From positions 1 to 34,600 of the forward strand of contig JAZDEI010000077.1 of assembly GCA_043808945.1 (NCBI GenBank): a DNA stretch of 34,600 nt, written 5' to 3'. Each line of letters begins with the position of its first letter. Position 1 is the first letter of the stretch. The notes beneath the pieces are model-generated. The model saw only the letters and a program-made list of their open reading frames with translations. It was not told the DNA's origin and made no database searches. This DNA comes from Fidelibacterota bacterium. GTDB lineage: Bacteria; Fidelibacterota; UBA2242. The translations under genes were made by a program, and so were the position numbers. Of the stretch, positions 18,825 through 28,109 are shown piece after piece.

Positions 18825-21203
18825 ATGTTAATCCATAATCGTTTTTCCCATTTCTTCAAAAAGAGTTTCGTCTGCGCGGTTCTGATCGCGGAGTCTATGC
18901 TGTTTGCCGCCGAAAAGATCAGCGTCTCCGGCCGGATCATTTCCGCGGCAACCGATAATCCGGTGCCCTATGTCAATGTGTTTGAACCGGTGAGTGGTGC
19001 GGGCGTCGTTACCGATGTCAACGGCCATTTTGTCATCACCGTAAAAACTCTGCCGGTTATCTTGGACATCAGCCACATCGCTTACCAGAAAAAGTTACTA
19101 ACCGTGACCAAACCGGAGGCCGGTACGATTGCCCTGACACCCGCCGTTCTTGCCGGCGAGAATGTTTTCGTTACTGCTACCCGGGCCGTGAAAGGCCAGA
19201 CGCCGGTAGCTTTTTCGGAACTTACGACGGCGGAAATCCGCGATCGTTATACAGTTGAAGATGTGCCGATGATCCTGGCCATGGAACCGGGCGTTTATTC
19301 CTACAGCGAAAGCGGCAACGGCACCGGCTACTCCTACGTCCAGATCCGCGGATTCGACCAGAGCCGGATCGCCGTCATGCTGAACAATGTGCCGCTGAAC
19401 GATAACGAGAGCCACCAGGTTTACTGGGTCGATCACGGCGATGTTCTTTCAGACGCCGCCGATGTCCAGATTCAGCGCGGGATCGGTAACAGTCTGTACG
19501 GTTCGTCAGCCTTCGGCGGTTCAATCAATGTCCAGACGGCGATCGGCTCCGAGCGACCGGCCCTGGGAATCGAACTCGGCACCGGTTCGTACAACACCTC
19601 GAAAATTAACCTGAATGCTTCCAGCGGCAAATTGTTCAATGGTAAAATCCGCGTCAGCGGGCGCCTTTCGCAGATCGAATCCGACGGCTACCGGGAATAT
19701 CACGATACCTTTCAGCGCAGTGGTTCCGGCGGCATTGAATACGACGGACAAAATGTCACTCACCAGTTCCGGGCTTTACTTGGCTATGAAAACAGTCACC
19801 TGATGTGGGACGGCGTCCCGGCCGGGGACATCAATGACCGCATCAAACGCCGGGCCGGTTACAAATCGTACATCGACGACTTCTTCCAGCAGGTTTATTC
19901 ATTGAACAGCAATTGGCGGATCAACGACCGCCTGCATTTCAGTAATGTTGCCTATCTCGTCAAGGGCGAAGGGTATTACGAAACGGAAAAGTCGGCCGGT
20001 TATGATCTGGTGACCGACGATTCGACCGCCTGGGACGATTTCCGGGATTTTCTGGTCTCTTACAATCTCGATCAATATTATCAGACCGACGTGGTAAGTC
20101 AGTCACTGGAATTCGTCCGTCGCAAATGGATCGTGAATTCATATTACGGAATTATTCCGACGCTGACCTATATGACTGGAAAATATCGTTTGGACGCCGG
20201 CGGCGAACTTAAATTCTATCGCGGCGATCACTTCGGGGAAATCTCGCATTTTTCGGACACCGGGCTGATTGCCCGGATCGGGAGCGGTTGGTATCGCTAT
20301 TATCGTTATCTCGGTGAGAAGACGATCGCCACCGCGTTTGTCCACCTGACGTACGAACCGCTCGAAAAATTGAAACTGATAACCGACCTGCAATATCAGC
20401 AATTAGAATGGAATCTGGATCAGAAAAAGATCGGCTCGGCGGTAGGCTATCAATTATCTGCGCCCTGGAAATTCTTAAATCCCCGACTGAGCGCGATTTA
20501 TTCCTTCTCCGACAATTTCTCGACATTTATAAATTACGGCCGGTCACAAAGGGAACCGGCTGACGACCAGATCATCTCCGCCGACGATGTCTGGGGCACT
20601 CCGCAAAAAGCCGCAGCCGAATTGATCGACGATTTCGAATTGGGTAGCAATTACAGTGATCGAATGATTAGAATAGACGTCAACCTCTACCGTATCAACT
20701 ATAAAAACGAACAACTGAAGAACATCGACGTCCAACAGGAAGGCGAGTACGTCTATACCCAGGCGGCGGCGACAGTTCACCAGGGACTGGAGTGGGAAGT
20801 CCGCTTCCAGCCGAATCCGCTCTGGACATTGACTTTGAACGGAACCTGGAGCCGGCATTTCTATCATGGCGGCGAATACGAAAAAAATAATCTGCCCAAC
20901 GTTCCGGCCGTCCTGGTCAACGGTAATCTGAATGTCGAACCGGTCAGGCATCTGCAGTTCTCTCTGACGACGCGCTTCGTCGGGAAACAGTACATCGATG
21001 AGGAAAATATTGGCACTAATCCGGCCTATTGGCTGGTTGACGCCGGGATAAAATATCGTATTGGCAAGATTGAACTGAGCGGCAAGGTCAACAATCTTTT
21101 CGATCGGCTCTATTCCACTTGTGGCTATGAAGATAGTGGGTATATTGCATATTGGCCGGGTGCGACCCGCAATTACTTTTTAGGATTAAGTGTCAATTTT
21201 TAG
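18825..21203 (+). CDS. TonB-dependent outer-membrane receptor, probably for thiamine or a precursor
   Basis: Signal peptide, N-terminal ISVSGRII...TDVNGHF domain, VFVTATRA box, plug IRGFD...GGSINV, VNNLFD, terminal Phe; preceded by a TPP riboswitch. Confidence 0.92.
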   Translation: MLIHNRFSHFFKKSFVCAVLIAESMLFAAEKISVSGRIISAATDNPVPYVNVFEPVSGAGVVTDVNGHFVITVKTLPVILDISHIAYQKKLLTVTKPEAGTIALTPAVLAGENVFVTATRAVKGQTPVAFSELTTAEIRDRYTVEDVPMILAMEPGVYSYSESGNGTGYSYVQIRGFDQSRIAVMLNNVPLNDNESHQVYWVDHGDVLSDAADVQIQRGIGNSLYGSSAFGGSINVQTAIGSERPALGIELGTGSYNTSKINLNASSGKLFNGKIRVSGRLSQIESDGYREYHDTFQRSGSGGIEYDGQNVTHQFRALLGYENSHLMWDGVPAGDINDRIKRRAGYKSYIDDFFQQVYSLNSNWRINDRLHFSNVAYLVKGEGYYETEKSAGYDLVTDDSTAWDDFRDFLVSYNLDQYYQTDVVSQSLEFVRRKWIVNSYYGIIPTLTYMTGKYRLDAGGELKFYRGDHFGEISHFSDTGLIARIGSGWYRYYRYLGEKTIATAFVHLTYEPLEKLKLITDLQYQQLEWNLDQKKIGSAVGYQLSAPWKFLNPRLSAIYSFSDNFSTFINYGRSQREPADDQIISADDVWGTPQKAAAELIDDFELGSNYSDRMIRIDVNLYRINYKNEQLKNIDVQQEGEYVYTQAAATVHQGLEWEVRFQPNPLWTLTLNGTWSRHFYHGGEYEKNNLPNVPAVLVNGNLNVEPVRHLQFSLTTRFVGKQYIDEENIGTNPAYWLVDAGIKYRIGKIELSGKVNNLFDRLYSTCGYEDSGYIAYWPGATRNYFLGLSVNF

Positions 21204-21233
21204 AATCAGGCTGATCTATTTCGATATTTTTGG

Positions 21234-21370
21234 ACAAGATTAACAAGATTATTTAATTCATCTCCTATTAATGACAACAAGTGACCACCAGTGACAATTG
21301 AATGACGTCCCGCTTCGGGACGAGTGACTGTTATATGACTATCGTATGACAATCGAAAATATTCTTGTCA
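21234..21370. repeat. Intergenic repeat region: 9-bp tandem duplication, phased RTGAC array and embedded hairpin
   Basis: ACAAGATTA x2 (21234-21251); TGAC at 21272, 21282, 21292, 21303, 21325, 21336, 21347; hairpin CGTCCCG-CTT-CGGGACG (21306-21322); inverted TTGTCA at 21365. Confidence 0.7.
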
Positions 21371-21418
21371 AATCATTTGGCATTTTGCCGACTATTGATG
21401 AAATTTTCCGCTGATAAA

Positions 21419-24115
21419 ATGGAAAAGAAACTAACAATATATCTGATCGATGGCTCGGCCCTGGCCTATCGCTCATACTTCGGCACGATCCGGAACCGCC
21501 TGGCAACCTCGAAAGGTGTCCCGACTGGCGCCATCTACGCCTTCGTCAATTCACTGATGCGGATCATCAAAGAGGTCAAGCCCGACTATTTCGGGATGAT
21601 CTTCGATGCCCCGGAGAAAACATTCCGGCACAAAATATTCCCCGAATACAAAGGCACGCGCGAGTCGATGCCGGAAGATCTGGTCGCGCAACTGCCGGTT
21701 ATGTTCGACGTTGTGAAAGCAATGAACATCCCGGTAATAACACTGCCGGGTTACGAAGCCGACGATGTGATCGGAACGCTGGCGAAAACTGCCAAAAAGA
21801 GCGGGCTGGTCGTTTACATGGTGACCGGGGATAAAGATTTCATGCAGTTGCTCGAAGAGGATATATTTGTCTACAAACCAGCCTCCGGTCAGAAGGAGGT
21901 CGAAATTATCGACACTGAAGCGGTGCTCGCCAAATGGGGCGTTCGTCCCGACCAAATCCCGGATTATCTCGGATTGGTCGGCGACGCTTCCGACAACATT
22001 CCGGGCGTAAAGGGCGTCGGCCCGGCCAAAGCCCAGCCACTGCTCGCCAAATGGGGCAGTCTGGAAGAAGTTTTAGCACAGGCCGATCTGACCGGCAATC
22101 CGAGACTGACGGAAATGTTGAAGAGCGGAGCGGAGAGCGCGCGGCTTTCCAAACTTTTAGCGACGATCAAGACCGATGTGCCGCTCTCGATTGGCATTGA
22201 TGGATTGAAAACCCAACCAGTTAACCGCCCGGAACTGGAGCGCATCTTCCGCGATCTGGAGTTTTTCACTCTACTGGAATCTTCTGCCGAACCGGAGACG
22301 GAATCAGCGGCGCCGGAAAAGGATTACAAAACCGTCCAGTTTCTGCCGGAAGTACGGGAATTGGTCAGAAAACTGCGCAATGTGCCGCTCCTGTCGGTCG
22401 ACCTGGAAACGACTTCCATCGATCCGATGACGGCCGAGATCGTTGGCGTGGCGCTCAGCTGGAAGGCTCACAGCGGCGTCTACCTGCCAATCCAGTTTCC
22501 ATCGATGCAAAGCCAATTGTTCGGCCAGGCCGGCAATCCGGAATTCCTGGCGGAACTGAAGCCGGTTCTGGAGAACGGGCAGATCGCCAAGTGCGGCCAG
22601 AACCTGAAATACGATATGCTGATCCTGCGGCGCTACGGCATTGAATTGAAGGGACACATTTTCGATACAATGGTGGCCGCTTTCCTGATCCAGCCTGACT
22701 CGCGCAGTTACAAACTCGACAAACTCAGTCATCAATATTTACAATATAAAATGCAACCGATCGAGGAATTGATCGGCACCGGCAAAGACCAGCTGACCAT
22801 GGATCAGGTCGAGGTCGGAAAGGTGACTTTTTACGCCGCCGAGGACGCTGACGTCGCCCTGCAACTGGCACCGCTTTTCGAGGAGAAGATGAAAGCCGAT
22901 CAAACCTGGCAGGTCTTCGAGGAAATCGAAATGCCGTTAGTGCCGGTGTTGATGCAATTAGAGCAGAACGGTGTGTCTCTGGATGTGACTAACCTGCGCG
23001 AAATGTCGCAGGCGCTGGAAGGTCAGATCGCCGCGAGTGTTCATCAAATCTATGATCTGGCTGGCATCGAGTTCAATATCAATTCGCCCAAACAGCTCGG
23101 CGAAATTCTATTTGATAAACTGAACCTGCCAAAAGTTCGCAGTTATTCGACGGACGTCAATGTGCTGGAAAAATTGAAACACAAACATCCCCTGCCGTCG
23201 GCCGTGCTGGAATACCGCGGACTCGTCAAATTGAAGAACACTTACCTGGACGCTCTGCCGCTGTTAGTCAATAAAAAGACCGGCCGGGTACACAGTTCGT
23301 TCAACCAGACTGTAGCGGCGACCGGCCGCCTGAGCAGTAGCGATCCGAATTTTCAAAACATCCCGATTCGTACCGACATGGGCCGGGAAATCCGCCGGGC
23401 GTTCATTCCCCAGCAGGCCGGGTGGAAAATCCTGTCGGCCGATTATTCGCAGATCGAACTGCGCATCATGGCGCACCTTTCGCGCGATGCGGAACTGATG
23501 CGGGCTTTTTCGGAAGGAGTGGATATTCACACCCGCACCGCCGCTTTAGTTTACGGCGTGGATGAAAAAGACGTTTTACCGGAAATGCGGCGGGTTGCCA
23601 AAGTTGTCAACTTCGGCATCATGTACGGCGCCGGGCCATTCCGAATGTCGGAAGAACTGGGCATTCCGCGCGGCGAAGCCATTCGCCTGATCGAGCAATA
23701 TTTCCGGACTTATCCGGGAATCAATGATTACATCGTCAGCACGATCGATTTCGCCCGCCAGAATTCATTCGTGAAAACACTGGCCGGACGTCTGCGGTAT
23801 GTGCCGGATATTAACAGCGAAAACCGTAATATCCGGGAAGCGGCCGAGCGGGTGGCGATCAATATGCCGATCCAGGGCACGGCCGCCGATATGATAAAGA
23901 TCGCGATGATCCGCATTCATCGTCGTCTTCAACAGGAGCAGATGAAAACGATGATGATCTTACAAATACACGATGAACTGCTCTTTGAAGTTTATCCGTC
24001 TGAATTGGAATATCTGCGCGGCATGGTCGCGGAAGAAATGGAGCGGGCTTTACCGATGGATATTCCAATTAAAGTCGATATTGGAATCGGTAATTCATGG
24101 TATGAGGCACATTAG
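21419..24115 (+). CDS. polA: DNA polymerase I
   Basis: 5'-nuclease LIDGS, GYEADDVIG, GDASDNIPGV; 3'-5' exonuclease DLET/QNLKYD/YAAED; polymerase DYSQIELR, KVVNFGIMYG, QIHDEL. ATG 21419 preferred as start. Confidence 0.98.
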   Translation: MEKKLTIYLIDGSALAYRSYFGTIRNRLATSKGVPTGAIYAFVNSLMRIIKEVKPDYFGMIFDAPEKTFRHKIFPEYKGTRESMPEDLVAQLPVMFDVVKAMNIPVITLPGYEADDVIGTLAKTAKKSGLVVYMVTGDKDFMQLLEEDIFVYKPASGQKEVEIIDTEAVLAKWGVRPDQIPDYLGLVGDASDNIPGVKGVGPAKAQPLLAKWGSLEEVLAQADLTGNPRLTEMLKSGAESARLSKLLATIKTDVPLSIGIDGLKTQPVNRPELERIFRDLEFFTLLESSAEPETESAAPEKDYKTVQFLPEVRELVRKLRNVPLLSVDLETTSIDPMTAEIVGVALSWKAHSGVYLPIQFPSMQSQLFGQAGNPEFLAELKPVLENGQIAKCGQNLKYDMLILRRYGIELKGHIFDTMVAAFLIQPDSRSYKLDKLSHQYLQYKMQPIEELIGTGKDQLTMDQVEVGKVTFYAAEDADVALQLAPLFEEKMKADQTWQVFEEIEMPLVPVLMQLEQNGVSLDVTNLREMSQALEGQIAASVHQIYDLAGIEFNINSPKQLGEILFDKLNLPKVRSYSTDVNVLEKLKHKHPLPSAVLEYRGLVKLKNTYLDALPLLVNKKTGRVHSSFNQTVAATGRLSSSDPNFQNIPIRTDMGREIRRAFIPQQAGWKILSADYSQIELRIMAHLSRDAELMRAFSEGVDIHTRTAALVYGVDEKDVLPEMRRVAKVVNFGIMYGAGPFRMSEELGIPRGEAIRLIEQYFRTYPGINDYIVSTIDFARQNSFVKTLAGRLRYVPDINSENRNIREAAERVAINMPIQGTAADMIKIAMIRIHRRLQQEQMKTMMILQIHDELLFEVYPSELEYLRGMVAEEMERALPMDIPIKVDIGIGNSWYEAH

Positions 24116-25038
24116 TGGAAGCATCAATCACTCTTCGTAATGTCAGTAAATATTTTAAAAAGAAATATGTTCTGACAAATCTGACACTCGGCATCGAAAA
24201 AGGTTCGACCTTTGCCGTCATCGGGCGCAATGGAGCCGGGAAATCCGTGCTTCTGCGCGTGATCGCAACCTACCTGTCCCCGGACGCCGGGGAGGTCTTC
24301 ATAAATGGTAAAGATGTGGCCGAGGGGCCGACCCTGATTAAGGGAGCGATCGGCTATTTGCCGGATCACGATATCCATGATGTCTGGATCACCGGCCGCG
24401 AAAATCTGAAAGTCCGCGCCGATCTGCTGGGCATTCCAAAGGATCGTTTTGAAGAAATTACCGGGCCGCTGATCTCGGCCTTTAACCTTCAGGAAGTGCT
24501 CGATCAATGTCCGGTTACTTATGCGCGCGGCACCAAACGTTGTCTCGACCTCGTCCAGGTTTTGATGGGCGATCCGGAAATTTTAGTGCTGGATGAACCG
24601 ACCCTCGGGCTGGATTACCGGAACCGGGCGGCTTTGCTCAAATATCTTCTGTCAGTCAAGGAGAGCAAGACCATCATCATCGCCTCCAACGAATTCTCCG
24701 AGGTTCAAACCTTCGCCGATCGCTGGATCGTACTCGAATACGGGAAGATCAGGTTCGACGGCACGATCGAAAAAATGCTGACCCAGGTGGAAATGCCATT
24801 TACCGGGGAAATCGTACTGAAGAAGAAAGATCCGGCTCTGCTCGACAAGATCAGAAACAACGGGCACTTTTTATCTATCCGCGACCTGGAACTTACCATT
24901 CAGGTGACGATCGGGAATCTGAAGGAGTTTTGTGATATTCTGGCCATGATCCCGGACGATGACATTGCTGCGGTCAAAATCGATACGTTGAGTATCGAGG
25001 AATTTCTAACCCGTCTACTTTCTGACGAAGGATACTGA
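24115..25038 (+). CDS. ABC transporter ATP-binding protein (ABC-2/DrrA-like) with degenerate motifs
   Basis: Walker A GRNGAGKS, Walker B ILVLDEPT; signature reads YARGT and H-loop reads ASN; GTG overlaps the polA stop. Confidence 0.9.
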   Translation: MEASITLRNVSKYFKKKYVLTNLTLGIEKGSTFAVIGRNGAGKSVLLRVIATYLSPDAGEVFINGKDVAEGPTLIKGAIGYLPDHDIHDVWITGRENLKVRADLLGIPKDRFEEITGPLISAFNLQEVLDQCPVTYARGTKRCLDLVQVLMGDPEILVLDEPTLGLDYRNRAALLKYLLSVKESKTIIIASNEFSEVQTFADRWIVLEYGKIRFDGTIEKMLTQVEMPFTGEIVLKKKDPALLDKIRNNGHFLSIRDLELTIQVTIGNLKEFCDILAMIPDDDIAAVKIDTLSIEEFLTRLLSDEGY

Positions 25039-25041
25039 TTT

Positions 25042-25788
25042 ATGAATTTCATCACTCTGCTGATCAAAAACGAATATCGCTGGAATTACAAGAAAATCCT
25101 GATTGGTTTGTTTTTTAATATCGTCGGAACCGGTCTGCTGTATGCGGCTTTTGTACCTTGTTTGGGTAAAATTCTGCCGAGGATCGATTATCTCGAATTA
25201 ACTCAGTACATGTTTCCAGGTATCATAATATTTCTGAATGCTATGCTGGCTTTAGGACTAACCAGTAGCCACACAGCTCGCTTTTTCTGGAATGGAACCG
25301 GCGATTATCACAGAACTGCCGGGCTCGCGATTCCGTGGCTGTACGGCAGTTATCTGGTTTTATTCGGGACTTTGCTACTTATTCACCTAATGATTTCATC
25401 GTTTACACTGGCGATCCTTTCCGGTTTTAGTCTTCAGACAGGCGCTTTACTGGCCTTCTGGGCGTATTCCTTACTGGGACTCATCCTGTTCATCCAGATC
25501 GGGATTTTAATCGGATTGAGTCCGGACCAACGCAATCATTTCTACTGGATAATTTTGGTGATCCTGCCGGTTTTCCTGATGTCCGGAATGATAACTCCGA
25601 CGCATTACCTGACCGGATTTGCCCGTTTATGTCAATCCGTAATGCCCAGTGCGATTTTAATCGAAGGCGGTCGCAGTATTTTGGCGCATGGATCGTTGAA
25701 TATCTTTAATGTGTTTTATTTGCTCATTCTGAATATCTTCTTCTTCATTGGCGTGCTGTACCTGTTTAAAAGGAAACTACAAAGATGA
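25042..25788 (+). CDS. ABC-2 type transporter permease
   Basis: About six TM helices; YMFPGII and PVFLMSGMITP motifs; follows the ATPase gene. Confidence 0.82.
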   Translation: MNFITLLIKNEYRWNYKKILIGLFFNIVGTGLLYAAFVPCLGKILPRIDYLELTQYMFPGIIIFLNAMLALGLTSSHTARFFWNGTGDYHRTAGLAIPWLYGSYLVLFGTLLLIHLMISSFTLAILSGFSLQTGALLAFWAYSLLGLILFIQIGILIGLSPDQRNHFYWIILVILPVFLMSGMITPTHYLTGFARLCQSVMPSAILIEGGRSILAHGSLNIFNVFYLLILNIFFFIGVLYLFKRKLQR

Positions 25789-26246
25789 AGGCCTACTTAG
25801 CAGGCGCCATTGAACACGCTCCGGATCGCGGATTTGCCTGGCGTACCGCGATGTCCGAATTTTTATTGCAGGAACTTGGGCATACCTGTTATAATCCGTT
25901 GGTCGAGGAGAATAAATATCTGACGCCGGAAGAATTACGCACATTTCGGGTGCTCAAAACGACTTCCCCGGAGCGTTTCCGGGAGATTGTGCGCAAGCTG
26001 ATCCGCGGCGATCTGCATTCATTAACGACGGAAATAGATTATATTATTTGCAACTGGGATGCTTATGCCGTCAAAGGCGGCGGGACCTATGGTGAACTGA
26101 CGGTCGCCTTTTCCCGCAATATTCCGGTTTATATGGTGACGAATCTGCCGGTTGCCGAAATCAGCGGCTGGATCTTCGGCTGTACTTCCGAAGTTTTCCA
26201 GTCGTTCGAAGAACTCCGAACTTATCTGCGCGAAATTTTTAAGTGA
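25785..26246 (+). CDS. Nucleoside 2-deoxyribosyltransferase-fold protein (putative dNMP N-glycosidase)
   Basis: YLAG...WR...YNP...D...GGTYGEL...IPVY...SGW pattern of the NDT/DNPH1 superfamily; ATGA overlap with the permease. Confidence 0.75.
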   Translation: MKAYLAGAIEHAPDRGFAWRTAMSEFLLQELGHTCYNPLVEENKYLTPEELRTFRVLKTTSPERFREIVRKLIRGDLHSLTTEIDYIICNWDAYAVKGGGTYGELTVAFSRNIPVYMVTNLPVAEISGWIFGCTSEVFQSFEELRTYLREIFK

Positions 26247-26286
26247 TATAAAGATCTGCAATGAAAATAGGAATAAAAAAATTCCG

Positions 26287-27408
26287 ATGAATTACCTTGA
26301 AAATACTACCGTCGCAGAAATAGATCTTGAAAATCTGCGGTTTAATTACAGGAACATTAAAAAGCGAGTCGCGCCGGCCAAAATCATGGCAGTAGTCAAG
26401 GCTAATGCCTACGGTCATGGCGCTGTCCCGGTTGCGAAATGCCTGCAAAGTGAGGGCGCGCAGTATTTCGCCGTGGCGCGCGTCAGTGAAGGCCTGGAAC
26501 TAATTCAGGCCGGCATCACCGGGCAAATCCTGATCTTCGGGACGCTTTTCCCGGATGAAATGGCGACTGCCATCGCGCATAATCTGCGGGTAACTGCCAC
26601 CAAACCGGACGATTTTGCGACGATTTCGCGGATCGCGGCTGATTTAAATACTACTGCGGGTGTGCATATCAAAGTCGATACCGGGATGGGACGGGTTGGA
26701 CTGACATCTGATTCGGCGGTCGAATTAATCCGGCAGGCTGCTTCGATTGAAAATATACGGATCGAAGGCGTTTACACTCATTTCGCTACGGCCGACTGCC
26801 AGGATAAAACTTTCGCAAATGAACAGTTGTCGCGCTTTAATGACATCATCGAACATTTACGGCAAACCGGGCTGACCGGTCTGCTATTTCATGCCGCGAA
26901 CAGTGGGGCTATCCTGGATTTACCGGTCGCTTACTTCGATCTGGTGCGGCCGGGCATCGCACTCTATGGACATTATCCGACGACTGAAACCAGTGAGTCA
27001 ATTCCGCTCCGGCAGGTGATGACTTTAAAGACGAAAGTAGCTCAGATTCGCGAACTGCCGGCCGGGACGAGCATCAGCTACGGTCGTCGTTATTTTACAA
27101 AAACCGCGACGCGGATCGCCGTGCTCAACATCGGCTACGCCGATGGGATTCAGCGGACCTTTACCAATAAAGGTGAAGTATTGATCGATGGCCGCCTCTT
27201 TCCGATGGTCGGGACTATCACCATGGATCAGATTATGGTTGAGATCGGAGCCGAACCGGTTAAAGTCGGCGATGAAGCGATCTTTTGGGGCAATTCACCG
27301 AATGGCGTTTTACAGGCCACACAGGTCGCCACACGGATTGGAACAATCGCCTACGAATTATGCTGTGCCATCGCGCCGCGCGTGCCGCGTATTTATATCA
27401 ACGGATAA
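26287..27408 (+). CDS. alr: Alanine racemase
   Basis: AVVKANAYGHG (PLP lysine), HIKVDTGMGRVG, HAANS, VRPGIALYG, ISYG, GYADG, TIAYE; ATG 26287 preferred. Confidence 0.97.
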   Translation: MNYLENTTVAEIDLENLRFNYRNIKKRVAPAKIMAVVKANAYGHGAVPVAKCLQSEGAQYFAVARVSEGLELIQAGITGQILIFGTLFPDEMATAIAHNLRVTATKPDDFATISRIAADLNTTAGVHIKVDTGMGRVGLTSDSAVELIRQAASIENIRIEGVYTHFATADCQDKTFANEQLSRFNDIIEHLRQTGLTGLLFHAANSGAILDLPVAYFDLVRPGIALYGHYPTTETSESIPLRQVMTLKTKVAQIRELPAGTSISYGRRYFTKTATRIAVLNIGYADGIQRTFTNKGEVLIDGRLFPMVGTITMDQIMVEIGAEPVKVGDEAIFWGNSPNGVLQATQVATRIGTIAYELCCAIAPRVPRIYING

Positions 27409-27420
27409 ACTATTCCTGAC

Positions 27421-28101
27421 TCAGGACACAATTTTAAGCAGATCGCCGAAATGTGCGATCTGATAGTCGGGTGCATATTGCCGCAGAATATCAGGATCGC
27501 GGAAACCGTAAGTCACCGCGACAACCCGAACACCGGCCGCCTGCCCGGCTTTGATGTCGTTTTCACTGTCACCAACGACCAATACCTGCGAAGCGTCCAG
27601 ATTCAGTTTCTGCATGATGAACAGGATTGGCCCCGGGTCGGGTTTACGGGTTGGCAGAGAATCGCCGCCAAGTACGAATTGAAAATGGCGGGCAAGGTCT
27701 AATTTTTCAAGAATCGTTATCGAAAGCTGATATGGTTTATTGGAAATAACCGCCAGTATATAATTTTGCAGATCGGCCAGGGTCTCCGCTACTTCCGGGT
27801 AAGGCCGGGTCGTATCGGTCAGGTGCTCGGTGTAGTATTTTTTAAATTTCGTGACAGCCGTGACGATAAATTGGTCGGTAAAAGGCACTGATTTGGTCGA
27901 TTTAATAGCAGATTCGGTAAAAGCCCGCCGGATCAGTTTTTCGACACCGTCACCGATAAATTCGACACATCGGTCATATCCAATTACGGCATAACCGTAA
28001 TGATTGAGAGTCAGGTTGACAGCGGTTTGAATATCGCCGGCGGATTGAATCAAAGTGCCATCCAGATCGAAGAGAATTGCTTTTATATTCGAGTTTAGCA
28101 T
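27421..28101 (-). CDS. gph: HAD-superfamily hydrolase, phosphoglycolate phosphatase-like
   Basis: FDLDGTL, ISNK, RKPDP, VGDSEND motifs; ATG 28101 preferred. Confidence 0.85.
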   Translation of the reverse strand: MLNSNIKAILFDLDGTLIQSAGDIQTAVNLTLNHYGYAVIGYDRCVEFIGDGVEKLIRRAFTESAIKSTKSVPFTDQFIVTAVTKFKKYYTEHLTDTTRPYPEVAETLADLQNYILAVISNKPYQLSITILEKLDLARHFQFVLGGDSLPTRKPDPGPILFIMQKLNLDASQVLVVGDSENDIKAGQAAGVRVVAVTYGFRDPDILRQYAPDYQIAHFGDLLKIVS

Positions 28102-28109
28102 GCTGGGCA

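Noticed and set aside
21271-21352. CRISPR array
   Set aside because: Repeats are 5 nt with 5-6 nt spacers, and there are no cas genes.
21379-21390. GGCATTTTGCCG as a possible attR copy of the tRNA-Sec 3' end (GGCATTTCCG)
   Set aside because: Only 7 nt are identical, there is no integrase, and the site coincides with the candidate polA -35 box.
26152-26286. N-terminal extensions in the ORF track (alr; also polA 21365, groES 10411, lapA 16203, glgP 28216, lipoprotein 4639)
   Set aside because: Downstream ATGs fit the RBS positions or family N-termini better, and the extensions overlap neighbouring genes or promoters.
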